Shown: positions 46,764 to 57,239, counted from the stretch's first letter. The stretch: 64,000 nt of DNA from Desulfatiglans sp. (GCA_012513605.1 JAAZBV010000156.1:91270-155269); one strand, 5' to 3'. Program-made: numbers and translations. Notes: generated by a model not told the origin, from the sequence alone.

Positions 46764-48650
46764 TCACTCACCATATAATACCTGGGCACGAAAATCCCTG
46801 CCTATAGCCTGTCCAAGGTCTCGCATGAGCGGGTACCCTTCAGGCGGACAGAGCCCCCTGGGGGTTTTAACAGAAAGCCTTCGTTCCACCTTGATTGCCT
46901 GCCCATCCTGTTTGTAGGTTGCAGTATAACTGCCATACTGATTCTGTACTGAAACATCCTTTGGCAGCTGCATAACCTTTATCTTTTCCGGTAATGCCAC
47001 TGTTGTAATCTCAACCTTTCCATACCCGCTATGGTAGCTTGGATATTTCATTTCCGGCTGATTGGTCCCAAATGAAAGGACAACAGCTGGAGATGGATTG
47101 GGGATACCGGCAGGTATCATAAATGCACCAGGGCCTGGAATAGTCATCACATTCTGAAGTGTATATGAGGTTTCAACCTTCATTTTATCAGTAAGTTTAC
47201 GCGGATCACTGCCAGTTATTGTCCCTTCACCCTGCTGCCCGGACCTTGTCAGAAAGGCATTTGCGGCCATTGCCTCCTGGCCTGGAGGTATTGAGGCCTT
47301 GTAGCTGCGCAGGACATATTCCATCCCACCATTTGCAGTAACCACTGATTGCCCTTTTGCTGTGCCGTCATCATTTATCGTAATGGTAGTGATGGTTTCC
47401 ATATTTGATATTTCAGGAGAGGGCTCCGGAAGCATCTTTATCCCCGCACCCTTTTCAAGCCCGCGTGTAACCAGGGCATACTTGCTGTATTCATTTGTCG
47501 GCAGTATACCAAAAGGAGCAATTTCTGCGGTAGGATCGATAAACAAATCAAAATCTGGCAGATAGGTGATTACATGGTTATAGACTCCAAGGGGCAGTGC
47601 CACGTCCGGCTGCCAGTACACATCCCCGGAATTAATAAGCACCGGCGCTGATTTTATACCTTTGGCAGAAAGTAATGCATTTAGCAGAACAACCTTGTCT
47701 TTACAGTCACCATACTGGGTCTCTATAATGGCATCGGCATCACGCGGTACAATACCCCCTACCTCAAAACTGAGGGCCACGTACCTGATATTCCCTGTTA
47801 CCCATTGGTACAGAGCGGCTGCCTGATCACGAGGGCTAACTATACCGCCTGTGATCTTGTCTGCAAGTTTTTGGACCTCATCTGTTACCTTTTCCTTGTC
47901 TGCTGCACGCTTGAGATATGCCTCGGCGACCTGATTAAAGTCAGCAAAGGATGTCACTGCCAGACGCGGGCAGTAGTTTGTCTCACTGATAGCTCCCGAC
48001 TCAGGGGTTTTGGCTTTCTGGTCTTTTACTGTCCAGACATATTTGGATTTACCTGGTATATCTGACTGAACCTGTCCACCTGCAACATCAATGGCCTGGA
48101 TATACATTTTCATTGTTTCAGGTGCAACCAGTGTTATTTTAATTGAATCTATATCAACGCTCATAGGGAAGGTTTCAAACATTGAGAAATGGTTTTCAAA
48201 CAGAGGCTTTATCTGTTTGTGTAAGAAATGATACCCCTTGCTTGCGCCCACAGATATCTGCGGAAACACAATCGCCTTCACCTTGATATCACCAAATGCA
48301 GGGGCTGATGTGCTGATTGGACTCTGCTGTGTGATTATCATATCAGCCGGAACAGGTATCTTTTCTCCCTGAGCTGTTAAGGTGTAGGCATCAAGCACTT
48401 CAAGGGACTGAAGGCTCTCACTGTAAGCAAGATATGACTGCGCCTGTGACTGGACTGCCTGATCAATATTAATCCGGATTTCACTGATTATATCCATGGT
48501 ATATGTACCGTCTGCATTTACCTCATAAGTCACATCCATTTTGCTAATCGTGAGTGGTGATTTGTATTCCGGGGCCGCCATCTGTGCGGTTACTGTTCCG
48601 GTCGTGATAAGAATGAAAAATACAACTGATAAAAATGAACCAAGTCTCAT
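46764..48650 (-). CDS. secreted transglutaminase-like protein with DUF3857-like N-terminal domain
   Basis: 628 aa with a signal peptide and transglutaminase core QYGDCKDKVVLLNALL. Confidence 0.7.
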   Translation of the reverse strand: MRLGSFLSVVFFILITTGTVTAQMAAPEYKSPLTISKMDVTYEVNADGTYTMDIISEIRINIDQAVQSQAQSYLAYSESLQSLEVLDAYTLTAQGEKIPVPADMIITQQSPISTSAPAFGDIKVKAIVFPQISVGASKGYHFLHKQIKPLFENHFSMFETFPMSVDIDSIKITLVAPETMKMYIQAIDVAGGQVQSDIPGKSKYVWTVKDQKAKTPESGAISETNYCPRLAVTSFADFNQVAEAYLKRAADKEKVTDEVQKLADKITGGIVSPRDQAAALYQWVTGNIRYVALSFEVGGIVPRDADAIIETQYGDCKDKVVLLNALLSAKGIKSAPVLINSGDVYWQPDVALPLGVYNHVITYLPDFDLFIDPTAEIAPFGILPTNEYSKYALVTRGLEKGAGIKMLPEPSPEISNMETITTITINDDGTAKGQSVVTANGGMEYVLRSYKASIPPGQEAMAANAFLTRSGQQGEGTITGSDPRKLTDKMKVETSYTLQNVMTIPGPGAFMIPAGIPNPSPAVVLSFGTNQPEMKYPSYHSGYGKVEITTVALPEKIKVMQLPKDVSVQNQYGSYTATYKQDGQAIKVERRLSVKTPRGLCPPEGYPLMRDLGQAIGRDFRAQVLYGE

Positions 48651-48689
48651 AATACTTTCTCCTTTTATTTATATAATCTATTACTGTCC

Positions 48690-48986
48690 TTATTTATCAA
48701 AATCCGGCACTATAAATTCCAATGATTTTTCACAAAATTCCTTCCATTTGGGTGTTATATCATCAAAAATAATATTTTGTTCTTTGTATATATCATCTGT
48801 TACAACATAGTTTTCCTGGAGATAAACAATCGATTCATCTGTGAGTACCCTTATTTCCTCAACCTCTATTCCATCAATTTCCTTTTTTTCTTTACGAGTA
48901 TTCTGTGTATTTTCCTTCCAGCTACGATATTTTCTCATGTCTCTCAAATGGTATGCCTTGCAATATTTTCCCATAACTTTAATCAT
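48690..48986 (-). CDS. hypothetical protein
   Basis: 98 aa with GAAGGAGAA upstream. No family recognised. Confidence 0.5.
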   Translation of the reverse strand: MIKVMGKYCKAYHLRDMRKYRSWKENTQNTRKEKKEIDGIEVEEIRVLTDESIVYLQENYVVTDDIYKEQNIIFDDITPKWKEFCEKSLEFIVPDFDK

Positions 48987-49068
48987 ATTGTTTTCTCCTT
49001 CAAAAATATATGAACAGAATTAATTTAATTCTGTTCATAATTATCCAAACAGTTCTAAGAGTATAAAA

Positions 49069-50523
49069 TTACTGGACTTCAAATTGTTTTGAACTGTTGA
49101 TTGTCATAGTTACACCACCAAAAGGATTTATTTCAATGACTCCTGTCACACTAACATTTTTTCCATTATAAAGATCAGGTGGAAACTGATCCTTTATTGT
49201 ATCTTGAATAGCAAGAGGAAATGCTCCGGGAGTTTCCGGGGGTTTCCCGATGGAAATAGTTGTTACCTCAAAATCAGGATATTCTTTTACTCCTTCTACT
49301 TTACCAAAAACAGTAGCCTGCCTTCCAATATAATTTTCAGCCTCTGAATAATATATTTTAACCAGTTCATCAGGATTGCCAGTCTCCATATTCTTCTGAA
49401 TATTTTGCTTTGAATAATTAGTTTGAGGTGTAACAGATATTTCCGATGTTTTAATTTCGGCCTTATTCAGTGTTTTTTTTGCACAGATTTGTGTTAAAGA
49501 GGTTCCAAAACCATCATATCGATTTACTGAATAATGCATCAATCCCTCTTTATCCTGAAAGTCTTTCAGCTCATCAAGCGTCCAGGTCCCGGATGTACTT
49601 GTGATACTCCAACATAAATCCATCAATACACTCGACAGATCATCAGCAGATGGAGCAGATGGTTTTATATACTCTTGAATTACATAATATCCATTTTGCT
49701 TTAAAGCTTTTGCTATTTTTTTAGAAACCAAATGATTCTCTTCTGACTTGAAATGGTGCAATAGACTTGAAACAAATATAAGATCATATTTATTCTCTCC
49801 AAAATCATCTACTAAAGCATTTCCAGCTTGGAATTTTATACGATCTTCCATATTATGCTTCTTTAATATTGATTTTGTAAATTCTTCAACTTGAGGAAGG
49901 TCAACTATCGTTGCTTTTAGAGTCGGGTATCTTTTGCATAGTTCAATAGAATAGAGTCCATGAGAACCTCCAATATCAAGCATTTCAGAAGGGTTTTCAG
50001 GAATTGGTGTAATTTTTGGGCAAATGTTGGATGTATATATTGCATGATTTTCCATAGCAATTTGATAATTACTCCATTCTTCATCAGACATTGTGTTGTG
50101 TAAATCAATTCCTTGACCTGTACGCAAATATTCTTTTAAATGAGCCATATTATTGCCCATAATTTCATAAAATCTGGCAAACTTATAATAACTAAACGGG
50201 CTATCTTTTAAGCACCATACTCTTGCCATCTTGGTTAATGAATATTTATCGTTTTCAATTTTAAAATAATCTAAAACAGCTAAAATAACCATAATTCTTT
50301 TCAATGCATCAATATTTAATCCTGTTTTTTCAGCGATTTGATCAATTGTAACCGGAGAGTCTTTTGCAGCTTCGAATATGTCTAATTGTAAAGAATTTAA
50401 TACAACTTTACTGAATATATTAAATGTATATCCATGTATTGATGGAAAATTTATTAAGTTACTTTTAAAAGCCAATTGTTCTGATTCATTTTCTGCAGTC
50501 ACATATTTCATAATCCTCTCCAT
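49069..50523 (-). CDS. O-methyltransferase (family 2, winged-helix dimerisation N-domain) with C-terminal OB-fold-like extension
   Basis: 484 aa with SAM motif LDIGGSHGLYS. The extra ~130 aa tail (ATVFGKVEGV...YNGKNVSVTGVIEINPFGG) resembles OB-type barrels. Confidence 0.75.
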   Translation of the reverse strand: MERIMKYVTAENESEQLAFKSNLINFPSIHGYTFNIFSKVVLNSLQLDIFEAAKDSPVTIDQIAEKTGLNIDALKRIMVILAVLDYFKIENDKYSLTKMARVWCLKDSPFSYYKFARFYEIMGNNMAHLKEYLRTGQGIDLHNTMSDEEWSNYQIAMENHAIYTSNICPKITPIPENPSEMLDIGGSHGLYSIELCKRYPTLKATIVDLPQVEEFTKSILKKHNMEDRIKFQAGNALVDDFGENKYDLIFVSSLLHHFKSEENHLVSKKIAKALKQNGYYVIQEYIKPSAPSADDLSSVLMDLCWSITSTSGTWTLDELKDFQDKEGLMHYSVNRYDGFGTSLTQICAKKTLNKAEIKTSEISVTPQTNYSKQNIQKNMETGNPDELVKIYYSEAENYIGRQATVFGKVEGVKEYPDFEVTTISIGKPPETPGAFPLAIQDTIKDQFPPDLYNGKNVSVTGVIEINPFGGVTMTINSSKQFEVQ

Positions 50524-50543
50524 ATTTTATTATTAATTAAAGA

Positions 50544-51314
50544 TTAACTGATTGGGGCAGCCAGATTTACGGTAAGCAATTCCTTATTTATAAGCTCAAT
50601 AACCTGAGCTTGATGAGTATTAATAAACAAATGTTTTCCTGTAATCATTTTTAAACAAAAGCCTTGGTTGGTATGTCTGTTCCATGCTTCAGCATCCTCT
50701 CTGCTTGCACGCTTGTCAAATTCACCATATAATACAGTCATACCGCTACTTAATGGTTCCTCATCAATATATTCCATTGTATTGAGCATCTCTATATCTG
50801 CCCGAAGAATTGGTAGAACTATTTCCAGTATTTCTTTATTCTGGAGCACTTCTTCCGCCATACCTCCAAGCTTAATCAATTTATCAATAAATTCTTTATC
50901 TTCCATCTTGTAGTGAAGGGCATCATGGATTGGCTCTGTTAGATGAGGCGCCCGCGCTCCTGAAATAAACATATGAATTGGACAGGGGAGATCATATTTA
51001 CGTAAATGACGAGTAAGATAAAAACTTATATGAGCCCCCAGGCTGTGTCCAAAAAAAATAAATGTTTTATCCAAAAATGGAAGAATAGCTGGCGCAAGGT
51101 CTTCAACCAGCTTCGGAATCCTTCTATAAGGAGGTTCATTGAACCTGATCTCACGGCCAGGCATCTTAATAATGCAAACTTCAATATCGTTTGAAATGCT
51201 ATGAGGCCAGTTTAAAAAAACAGAAGCCCCTCCGCCTGCATAAGAAAAACAAAACATACGTATTTTAGCATCCGGTTGTTTTTTCGGGCAGGTTATCCAC
51301 TTAGTACTGTACAA
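50544..51314 (-). CDS. type II thioesterase (alpha/beta hydrolase)
   Basis: 256 aa. FCFSYAGGGASVF plus GxSxG as FGHSLGAHISF is the typical NRPS/PKS editing-thioesterase layout. Confidence 0.85.
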   Translation of the reverse strand: MYSTKWITCPKKQPDAKIRMFCFSYAGGGASVFLNWPHSISNDIEVCIIKMPGREIRFNEPPYRRIPKLVEDLAPAILPFLDKTFIFFGHSLGAHISFYLTRHLRKYDLPCPIHMFISGARAPHLTEPIHDALHYKMEDKEFIDKLIKLGGMAEEVLQNKEILEIVLPILRADIEMLNTMEYIDEEPLSSGMTVLYGEFDKRASREDAEAWNRHTNQGFCLKMITGKHLFINTHQAQVIELINKELLTVNLAAPIS

Positions 51315-51342
51315 ATATCAACTCCTCTTAATAGTTAAAATA

Positions 51343-52974
51343 TCAACCAGTAACAAATTGCTCATCAAATAAAGCTTTTCCATTCAATGCTGCGGCTAAA
51401 AGTGTTTTTGTATATGGTTCCTTCGGTTTTTCAAAAATCTGTTTTACAGGACCTTGTTCCACAACCTCACCCTGGCACATTACCAGTACATAGTGGCTCA
51501 ATGCTCGTATAACTTTCAAATCATGACTTATGAACATGTAGGCAATCCTATATTTTCTCTGGATATCCCTAAAAAGTTCTATCATTTGCGCCTGAACCAG
51601 ACTGTCCAGGGATGATGTCGGTTCATCAAAGACTATAAATTTTGGTTTAAGCACCAATGCCCGCGCAATTGCTATCCTTTGTCTTTGCCCTCCTGAAAAT
51701 TCATGGGGTAACCTGTCCAGCATATCTTTCTCAAGTCCAACTTCAATCAATGTTTTAACTATTAATTCATTCCTTTCCTGGGTTTGCATGTGAGGTTGAT
51801 GCACCCTTAAACCTTCATCTATAATATTTCTAACTGTCATTCTTGGGTTAAATGCACCATATGGGTCCTGAAATACAATCTGGATTTTACTTCTCAATCG
51901 CCTCATATTCTCTTCTTTTAACAGATGTATCTCTTTCCCCATAAAAACCGCTTTGCCTTCAAATCGTTCCAATCGCAGGATAGCCATACCAAGTGATGTT
52001 TTTCCGGAACCTGATTCTCCGACGACTCCCAATGTCTGACCTTCAAATATTACAGAGGACACATCTTTTACCGCTTGGATACAGTTGACTGTTCTTTTCA
52101 TTAAACCTTTTTTAATGGGGTATTTTACCGATATATTATCGAACCTGACCATTTCCAGTGCCTTGGGATCAAGAGCTGTCGGTTCTCCTTTGGGGACAGC
52201 ATCAATTAATTGTTTTGTATATATGTGCCAGGGTTTTAAAAATATTTTTTCGATTGTGCCCTCTTCAACAATTTCACCATATCTCATCACTGCGACCCTG
52301 TCCGCTATCTTCTCAACAATACTTAAGTTATGCGTGATAAGTAAAATTGCCATCTGTGTGCGGATTTGAATCTCTTTAAGAAGTTCAAGAATCTGCGTCT
52401 GAATTGTGACATCAAGAGATGTAGTCGGCTCATCAGCAATCAACAGATCAGGACTATTAGCCAGTGCCATGGCAATCATAACACGTTGACGTTCTCCTCC
52501 TGAAAGGTTATGTGGATAAGCATTCAGCCTAGATTCACCTTCCGGAAATCCTGCTATATTTAACAATTCAATTATCCTGGTTCTTTTTTCTTTTTTGGAT
52601 AATGGGTGATGTTGAGTGATCATTTCACCTATTTGTTTTTGAACGGTATGCAATGGGTTCAGTGAGACCATTGGTTCCTGAAAAATCATTGAGATGCGTT
52701 TACCCCTGATACCGCGTAATATTGTTTCAGGTTGTTTGAGTAGCTCCATGCCATCGAAGGCTATAGAACCTTCCAGCTTAACAACATTACCAGGTAGCAG
52801 TTGAGGTATAGACAATCCTGTTACAGTCTTACCAGAACCAGATTCTCCTACCAGGGCAAGAATTTCTCCTTTATGGATGCTCAGGTTTGCTTCTTTAACC
52901 GCCTCTACAATACCATTGCCGGATGAGAAAGAGACTGTCAGTTTTTTAATAGTTAATAGTTGTGATGATGTCAT
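51343..52974 (-). CDS. ABC transporter ATP-binding protein, duplicated ATPase (YejF-like)
   Basis: 543 aa with two Walker A motifs (GESGSGKT twice) and two signature motifs (LSGGERQR, FSGGQRQR). Confidence 0.9.
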   Translation of the reverse strand: MTSSQLLTIKKLTVSFSSGNGIVEAVKEANLSIHKGEILALVGESGSGKTVTGLSIPQLLPGNVVKLEGSIAFDGMELLKQPETILRGIRGKRISMIFQEPMVSLNPLHTVQKQIGEMITQHHPLSKKEKRTRIIELLNIAGFPEGESRLNAYPHNLSGGERQRVMIAMALANSPDLLIADEPTTSLDVTIQTQILELLKEIQIRTQMAILLITHNLSIVEKIADRVAVMRYGEIVEEGTIEKIFLKPWHIYTKQLIDAVPKGEPTALDPKALEMVRFDNISVKYPIKKGLMKRTVNCIQAVKDVSSVIFEGQTLGVVGESGSGKTSLGMAILRLERFEGKAVFMGKEIHLLKEENMRRLRSKIQIVFQDPYGAFNPRMTVRNIIDEGLRVHQPHMQTQERNELIVKTLIEVGLEKDMLDRLPHEFSGGQRQRIAIARALVLKPKFIVFDEPTSSLDSLVQAQMIELFRDIQRKYRIAYMFISHDLKVIRALSHYVLVMCQGEVVEQGPVKQIFEKPKEPYTKTLLAAALNGKALFDEQFVTG

Positions 52975-54008
52975 ATCTTTTTAGGGTCAAATGCGTCTCT
53001 GAATGCTTCACCAATGAATATGATCAGGACAAGAGTTATTGAAACGGAAAAAAAGCCCACAATACCAAGCCATGGCGCCTGTATATTTGCTCTCCCCTGG
53101 GATAATAGTTCGCCAAGAGATGCAGATCCTGCTGGCAGACCGAAACCAAGAAAATCCAGGATTATCAACATTGTGACTGCACCGCTGAAAGTAAAGGGAA
53201 TAAAGGTCATTGCTGCAACCATTGCGTTTGGCAATACATGCTTTAAAAGGATATTATATCTTTTTACTCCCAGTGCCCGCGCCGACTTAATAAAATCAAA
53301 ATTTCTTATCCTGAGTACCTCTGCCCTTACCACATTTGATAATCCTGCCCATGAAAAAACCAGCAGTACACATATCAGTATCCAGAATCCCGGATTAATA
53401 ATGCTAAAGATGACGATTAACAGAAAAAACAATGGCAGCCCGTTCCATATCTCTAATAAACGCTGAAAAATAAGATCTACCAGCCCCCCCAAATAGCCCT
53501 GAACAGCCCCGGTTATTATTCCTATAATGGATGAAAAAATCGTTAATATTAAAGAGAAAATTATTGTTGTTCTGAAGCCATAAATCAAACGGGCAAATAC
53601 ATCCCTGGCCTGATTGTCTGTGCCCAGAGGGTTTTCAATGGATGGCGGTGATGGAACAGGCATTCCTGGTATTTTATTAATAGTTCTGTAGCCATATTTG
53701 AAAGGCGGCCAGATCATCCACCCATTGGAAATTATCTCTTCAATAATAAAGGGGTCCCTGTAATTCGTTTTAGCAAGAAAACCACCAAATACCGATTCAG
53801 GATAATCAACAAATACAGGGAAATATATTTGTTTTTTATATCTCACAATCAGAGGCTTATCATTTGAAATAAATTCTGCAGGCAGTGTGAAAATTAGAAG
53901 AAACAGGAATATCAACAGACTATAATAGCCACGTTTGTTTGCCTTGAACTTTTTCAGGCGTCTCCGGTTTACATCTGATGATTTTAATCTTAAAAAATTA
54001 TAGGACAT
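52971..54008 (-). CDS. ABC peptide-type permease (YejE-like)
   Basis: 345 aa, multi-TM, oligopeptide-permease-like. ATGA overlap with the ATPase gene. Confidence 0.85.
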   Translation of the reverse strand: MSYNFLRLKSSDVNRRRLKKFKANKRGYYSLLIFLFLLIFTLPAEFISNDKPLIVRYKKQIYFPVFVDYPESVFGGFLAKTNYRDPFIIEEIISNGWMIWPPFKYGYRTINKIPGMPVPSPPSIENPLGTDNQARDVFARLIYGFRTTIIFSLILTIFSSIIGIITGAVQGYLGGLVDLIFQRLLEIWNGLPLFFLLIVIFSIINPGFWILICVLLVFSWAGLSNVVRAEVLRIRNFDFIKSARALGVKRYNILLKHVLPNAMVAAMTFIPFTFSGAVTMLIILDFLGFGLPAGSASLGELLSQGRANIQAPWLGIVGFFSVSITLVLIIFIGEAFRDAFDPKKI

Positions 54009-54043
54009 TGTAACCTTTTGAGTGTAAGTTCCTGTAATCAGAT

Positions 54044-54153
54044 AAAGTCGCTAAGAAAAACAAAAATTATTATTTGATAAAAATAAAAAGCTTTTCTCCG
54101 TGAACTCTGCCTGTCCCGCCATAGCTTTAGCGGAGGCGGATGTTCTCCGTGGT
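54044..54153 (-). repeat. ~110-bp dispersed repeat, copy B1
   Basis: aaagtcgctaagaaaaac...ttttctccgtgaactctgcctgtcccgccatagctttagcggaggcggatgttctccgtggt is near-identical to 59160-59297 and 61650-61782. Confidence 0.85.
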
Positions 54154-54156
54154 AAA

Positions 54157-55254
54157 TCATACGCCTCTGCTTTCAAAATCTATTCTGGGGTCAATCACTG
54201 TGTACAAAATATCACTGACCAGCTTCATCAATAATCCCATAAGTGTATATATGTAAAGAGTGGCGAAAATAATCGGATAATCTCTCTCCAATACTGCCTG
54301 AAAACCCATCAATCCTAAACCATCCAGAGAGAAGATAACCTCAATCAGCATAGAACCTGTAAATATGGCAGTGATAAATGCCATAGGAAAGCTGGATATC
54401 ACGATCAACATGGCATTTCTGAAAACATGCTTATATAAAACCCCATTTTCGGTCAGTCCCTTTGAACGTGCTGTTACCACATATAATTTATGAATTTCAT
54501 CCATAAAGAAGTTTTTGGTAAGCATTGTCATGGTGGCAAAACCCGGAAGCGTAATACATATAACTGGTAATGTGATATGCCATATATAGTCAAGTATTTT
54601 AGCAGTACTGCTCAACTCATCCCAGTTATTTGAAATAAGTCCCCTTACAGGAAATATATGGAAATATGAACCTCCTGCAAAAAACACAATTAGTAATACA
54701 GCCAGAATAAATCCCGGTATAGCATAAAACACATTCACCATAAAACTTGACCAGGCATCAAATGGGGTGCCATCCTTAACTGCCTTACGAATCCCAAGGG
54801 GAATGGAGATCAAATACATAATGAAGGTGCTCCAGAGCCCAAGACTTAAGGATACTGGCAGTTTTTCTTTAATGATATTAAGAACAGTCTCGTTACGGTA
54901 ATAACTCTTGCCAAAATCAAAACAAAGATAATCCCATACCATATTTATAAATCGTTCATGGGCTGGTTTATCAAACCCGAACTGTATTTCCAGTTCTTTA
55001 ATAATGGCAGGGTTCAGGGCTTCTGATCCTCTGTAAACCCCTTTTGCGCCCCCGGATTGAACCGCGGTCTTGTTTCCATCTGCACTTTTACCGGATGTTC
55101 TCATTATTGGATCAGATGCCCCGAACGAGTATTTTGCTATTATTCGCTCCACCGGGCCACCGGGTGCAAACTGAATAATGAAAAAATTTATTACCAGTAT
55201 ACCAAACAGGGTCGGTATTATGAGTAATAACCTGCGTATAATGTAGGAAGTCAT
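54157..55254 (-). CDS. ABC peptide-type permease (YejB-like)
   Basis: 365 aa, multi-TM, with the DppB/OppB-like N-terminus YIIRRLLLIIPTLFGI. Confidence 0.85.
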   Translation of the reverse strand: MTSYIIRRLLLIIPTLFGILVINFFIIQFAPGGPVERIIAKYSFGASDPIMRTSGKSADGNKTAVQSGGAKGVYRGSEALNPAIIKELEIQFGFDKPAHERFINMVWDYLCFDFGKSYYRNETVLNIIKEKLPVSLSLGLWSTFIMYLISIPLGIRKAVKDGTPFDAWSSFMVNVFYAIPGFILAVLLIVFFAGGSYFHIFPVRGLISNNWDELSSTAKILDYIWHITLPVICITLPGFATMTMLTKNFFMDEIHKLYVVTARSKGLTENGVLYKHVFRNAMLIVISSFPMAFITAIFTGSMLIEVIFSLDGLGLMGFQAVLERDYPIIFATLYIYTLMGLLMKLVSDILYTVIDPRIDFESRGV

Positions 55255-55264
55255 TATGGATTCC

Positions 55265-55310
55265 TGATACTGGATACTGGATACTGGATGCTGGATACTG
55301 GATGCTGGAT
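55265..55310. repeat. tandem heptamer repeat (TGGATAC/TGGATGC, about 6.5 units)
   Basis: tgatac tggatac tggatac tggatgc tggatac tggatgc tggat lies in the 75-bp gap between the SBP and permease genes. Confidence 0.9.
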
Positions 55311-55329
55311 TAAGTATGATTAGAAACAG

Positions 55330-57168
55330 CTATTTTAATCCTCTATACTTTTTCACCGCCGCATCCTTTACAGGATCAACCCACCATGTATCGGAAGGGG
55401 AATATGCCTCCCATTTGGGCTGAGTTTCAGGTATCCCGAACCTGTCCCAATAGGCCATTAGTTGTTTATTCCAGAAATACATGTTTATTGAGTAATAATT
55501 CCATAAAAGCACTCTGTCCAGTGCCCTGCATGCGGCTACTTTATCGTCTCTGGTCTTTGCATTTACTACTTGTTCAATAAGATCATCAACAATGGAATTT
55601 TTAATATACTGCGAGTTTGAACTCGCATTGGCATCTGCTGTCTTTGATCCCCAGTTCTGCTTTAGTTCCGCCCCTGGAGAAAGAGAATGAGGATAAAGAC
55701 CATTTGATATCATATCCCAGTCATAACTGAAGTTTCTTGGCCAGAAGGTTGTGGAATCAACAATGTCCAGTCTGGCATCAATACCTAATAACTTCAGGTT
55801 TTCGACAAATGGTGCGAATAAGGGTTCATCGGATGGATCCTGCAACATAAAATCTATCATAAATGGTTTCCCATCTCTTACCAGTTTACCTTCTATATTT
55901 TCCCAGCCAGCCTCCTTAAGTAGTTTCGAGGCCTTACGTAAATTATTACGAAGACCTTCCTGTGTACCCTGAGTGCTGGGGGGTACAAATTCCTGAGTAA
56001 AAACCCTTGGGTCTAATTTATCACGATATGGTTCAAGTAACGCGAGTTCTTTGCCTTCAGGAACACCTCTGTGTGCCAGCTCTGTGTTGGCAAAATAGCT
56101 TGTATTACGCTCATACATACCATGAAATATATTCTTGTTTGTCCATTCCCAGTCAAAGGCATAAGCAAGAGCCTCTCTTGTTTTTTGGTCTTTAAACTGC
56201 GGCCTTCGGCCATTCATACCTATAGCAAAAAACCAGACAGGACCATTTAATTTATCTTCCCTCTTTTTGATAAAACTTTTTTTTACCGCATCATTGTTAT
56301 ATCCTTTTTTCCATTGCGCCGGTTTAAATTCATTACGTATATCAATGTTACCTCCCATAAAGGCCTCATAAGCAACATTGGTATCACGATAAACATCCAT
56401 ACGAACAAAATCAAAATTATTCCGGCCTGCATTTACAGGAAGATCCTTCCCCCAATAGTTTTCATCCCTTTTCATTATAAGGGTATTACCAACATCGACT
56501 TTATAAAAGACATATGGAGTACTTTGAACATTCATCTCGATGGTCGGTTGGGAAAAATCTCTATTTATCCAGTAATGTTTCGGGATTACAGGCAATCTTG
56601 TTGCTATCTTATATACATTATTACGATCACCCGGTTTGAGAAATATAAATTTAACAGTATCCTTTCCAGTCTTTTCAACTTTTTCTATGTCAGCTACCAG
56701 ACTTTTATATGTTGGAGATGCCTTGTCTCGCATTGTCTCATAGGAATAAATTACATCTTCAACAGTTATTGGTTTTCCATCGTTCCATCGGGCAATATCT
56801 CTGATTTTAAATTCTGCCCATTTGTAATCTTCAGGATATGTGACTGTTTCAGCAATCAGTCCATATGCTGAATTCGGTTCATCAGCATTCGTAACCATTA
56901 AGTTTTCAAAAACGCTGAAAGTTGCAAAACCTGGTGATGTCCCAAGCGCTATATAAGAGTTGATATTATCAAAATTACCCATATCCCAAACAATGGTTCC
57001 GCCTTTTGGCGCTTTTGGATTCACATAATTAAAATGTTTAAAATCCTTCCCATACATCAGATCACCATATAGTGTTATCCCATGAGAGGTAGTAATATCC
57101 TTTGCAAGTAAGACACCGGATGTAAAAAATACCAATAGTAAAACGATAAATATAATTTTTCGCAACAT
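55330..57168 (-). CDS. extracellular solute-binding protein, family 5 (YejA-like)
   Basis: 612 aa with a signal peptide. Size and layout match peptide/nickel SBPs encoded next to Dpp/Yej-type permeases. Confidence 0.8.
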   Translation of the reverse strand: MLRKIIFIVLLLVFFTSGVLLAKDITTSHGITLYGDLMYGKDFKHFNYVNPKAPKGGTIVWDMGNFDNINSYIALGTSPGFATFSVFENLMVTNADEPNSAYGLIAETVTYPEDYKWAEFKIRDIARWNDGKPITVEDVIYSYETMRDKASPTYKSLVADIEKVEKTGKDTVKFIFLKPGDRNNVYKIATRLPVIPKHYWINRDFSQPTIEMNVQSTPYVFYKVDVGNTLIMKRDENYWGKDLPVNAGRNNFDFVRMDVYRDTNVAYEAFMGGNIDIRNEFKPAQWKKGYNNDAVKKSFIKKREDKLNGPVWFFAIGMNGRRPQFKDQKTREALAYAFDWEWTNKNIFHGMYERNTSYFANTELAHRGVPEGKELALLEPYRDKLDPRVFTQEFVPPSTQGTQEGLRNNLRKASKLLKEAGWENIEGKLVRDGKPFMIDFMLQDPSDEPLFAPFVENLKLLGIDARLDIVDSTTFWPRNFSYDWDMISNGLYPHSLSPGAELKQNWGSKTADANASSNSQYIKNSIVDDLIEQVVNAKTRDDKVAACRALDRVLLWNYYSINMYFWNKQLMAYWDRFGIPETQPKWEAYSPSDTWWVDPVKDAAVKKYRGLK

Positions 57169-57239
57169 AGTAATATCCCCTTTCTATTAAATATTTTCAG
57201 CCAAGTTTTTTTGAATTATTTACTGGGCATCAATCTATT

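Noticed and set aside
55265-55310. Whether the tandem repeats here and at 59703-59747, or the B-type repeats, could be a CRISPR array.
   Set aside because: The units are 7 bp with no spacers. The B repeats are >100 bp, kilobases apart and separated by genes. No cas genes are present.
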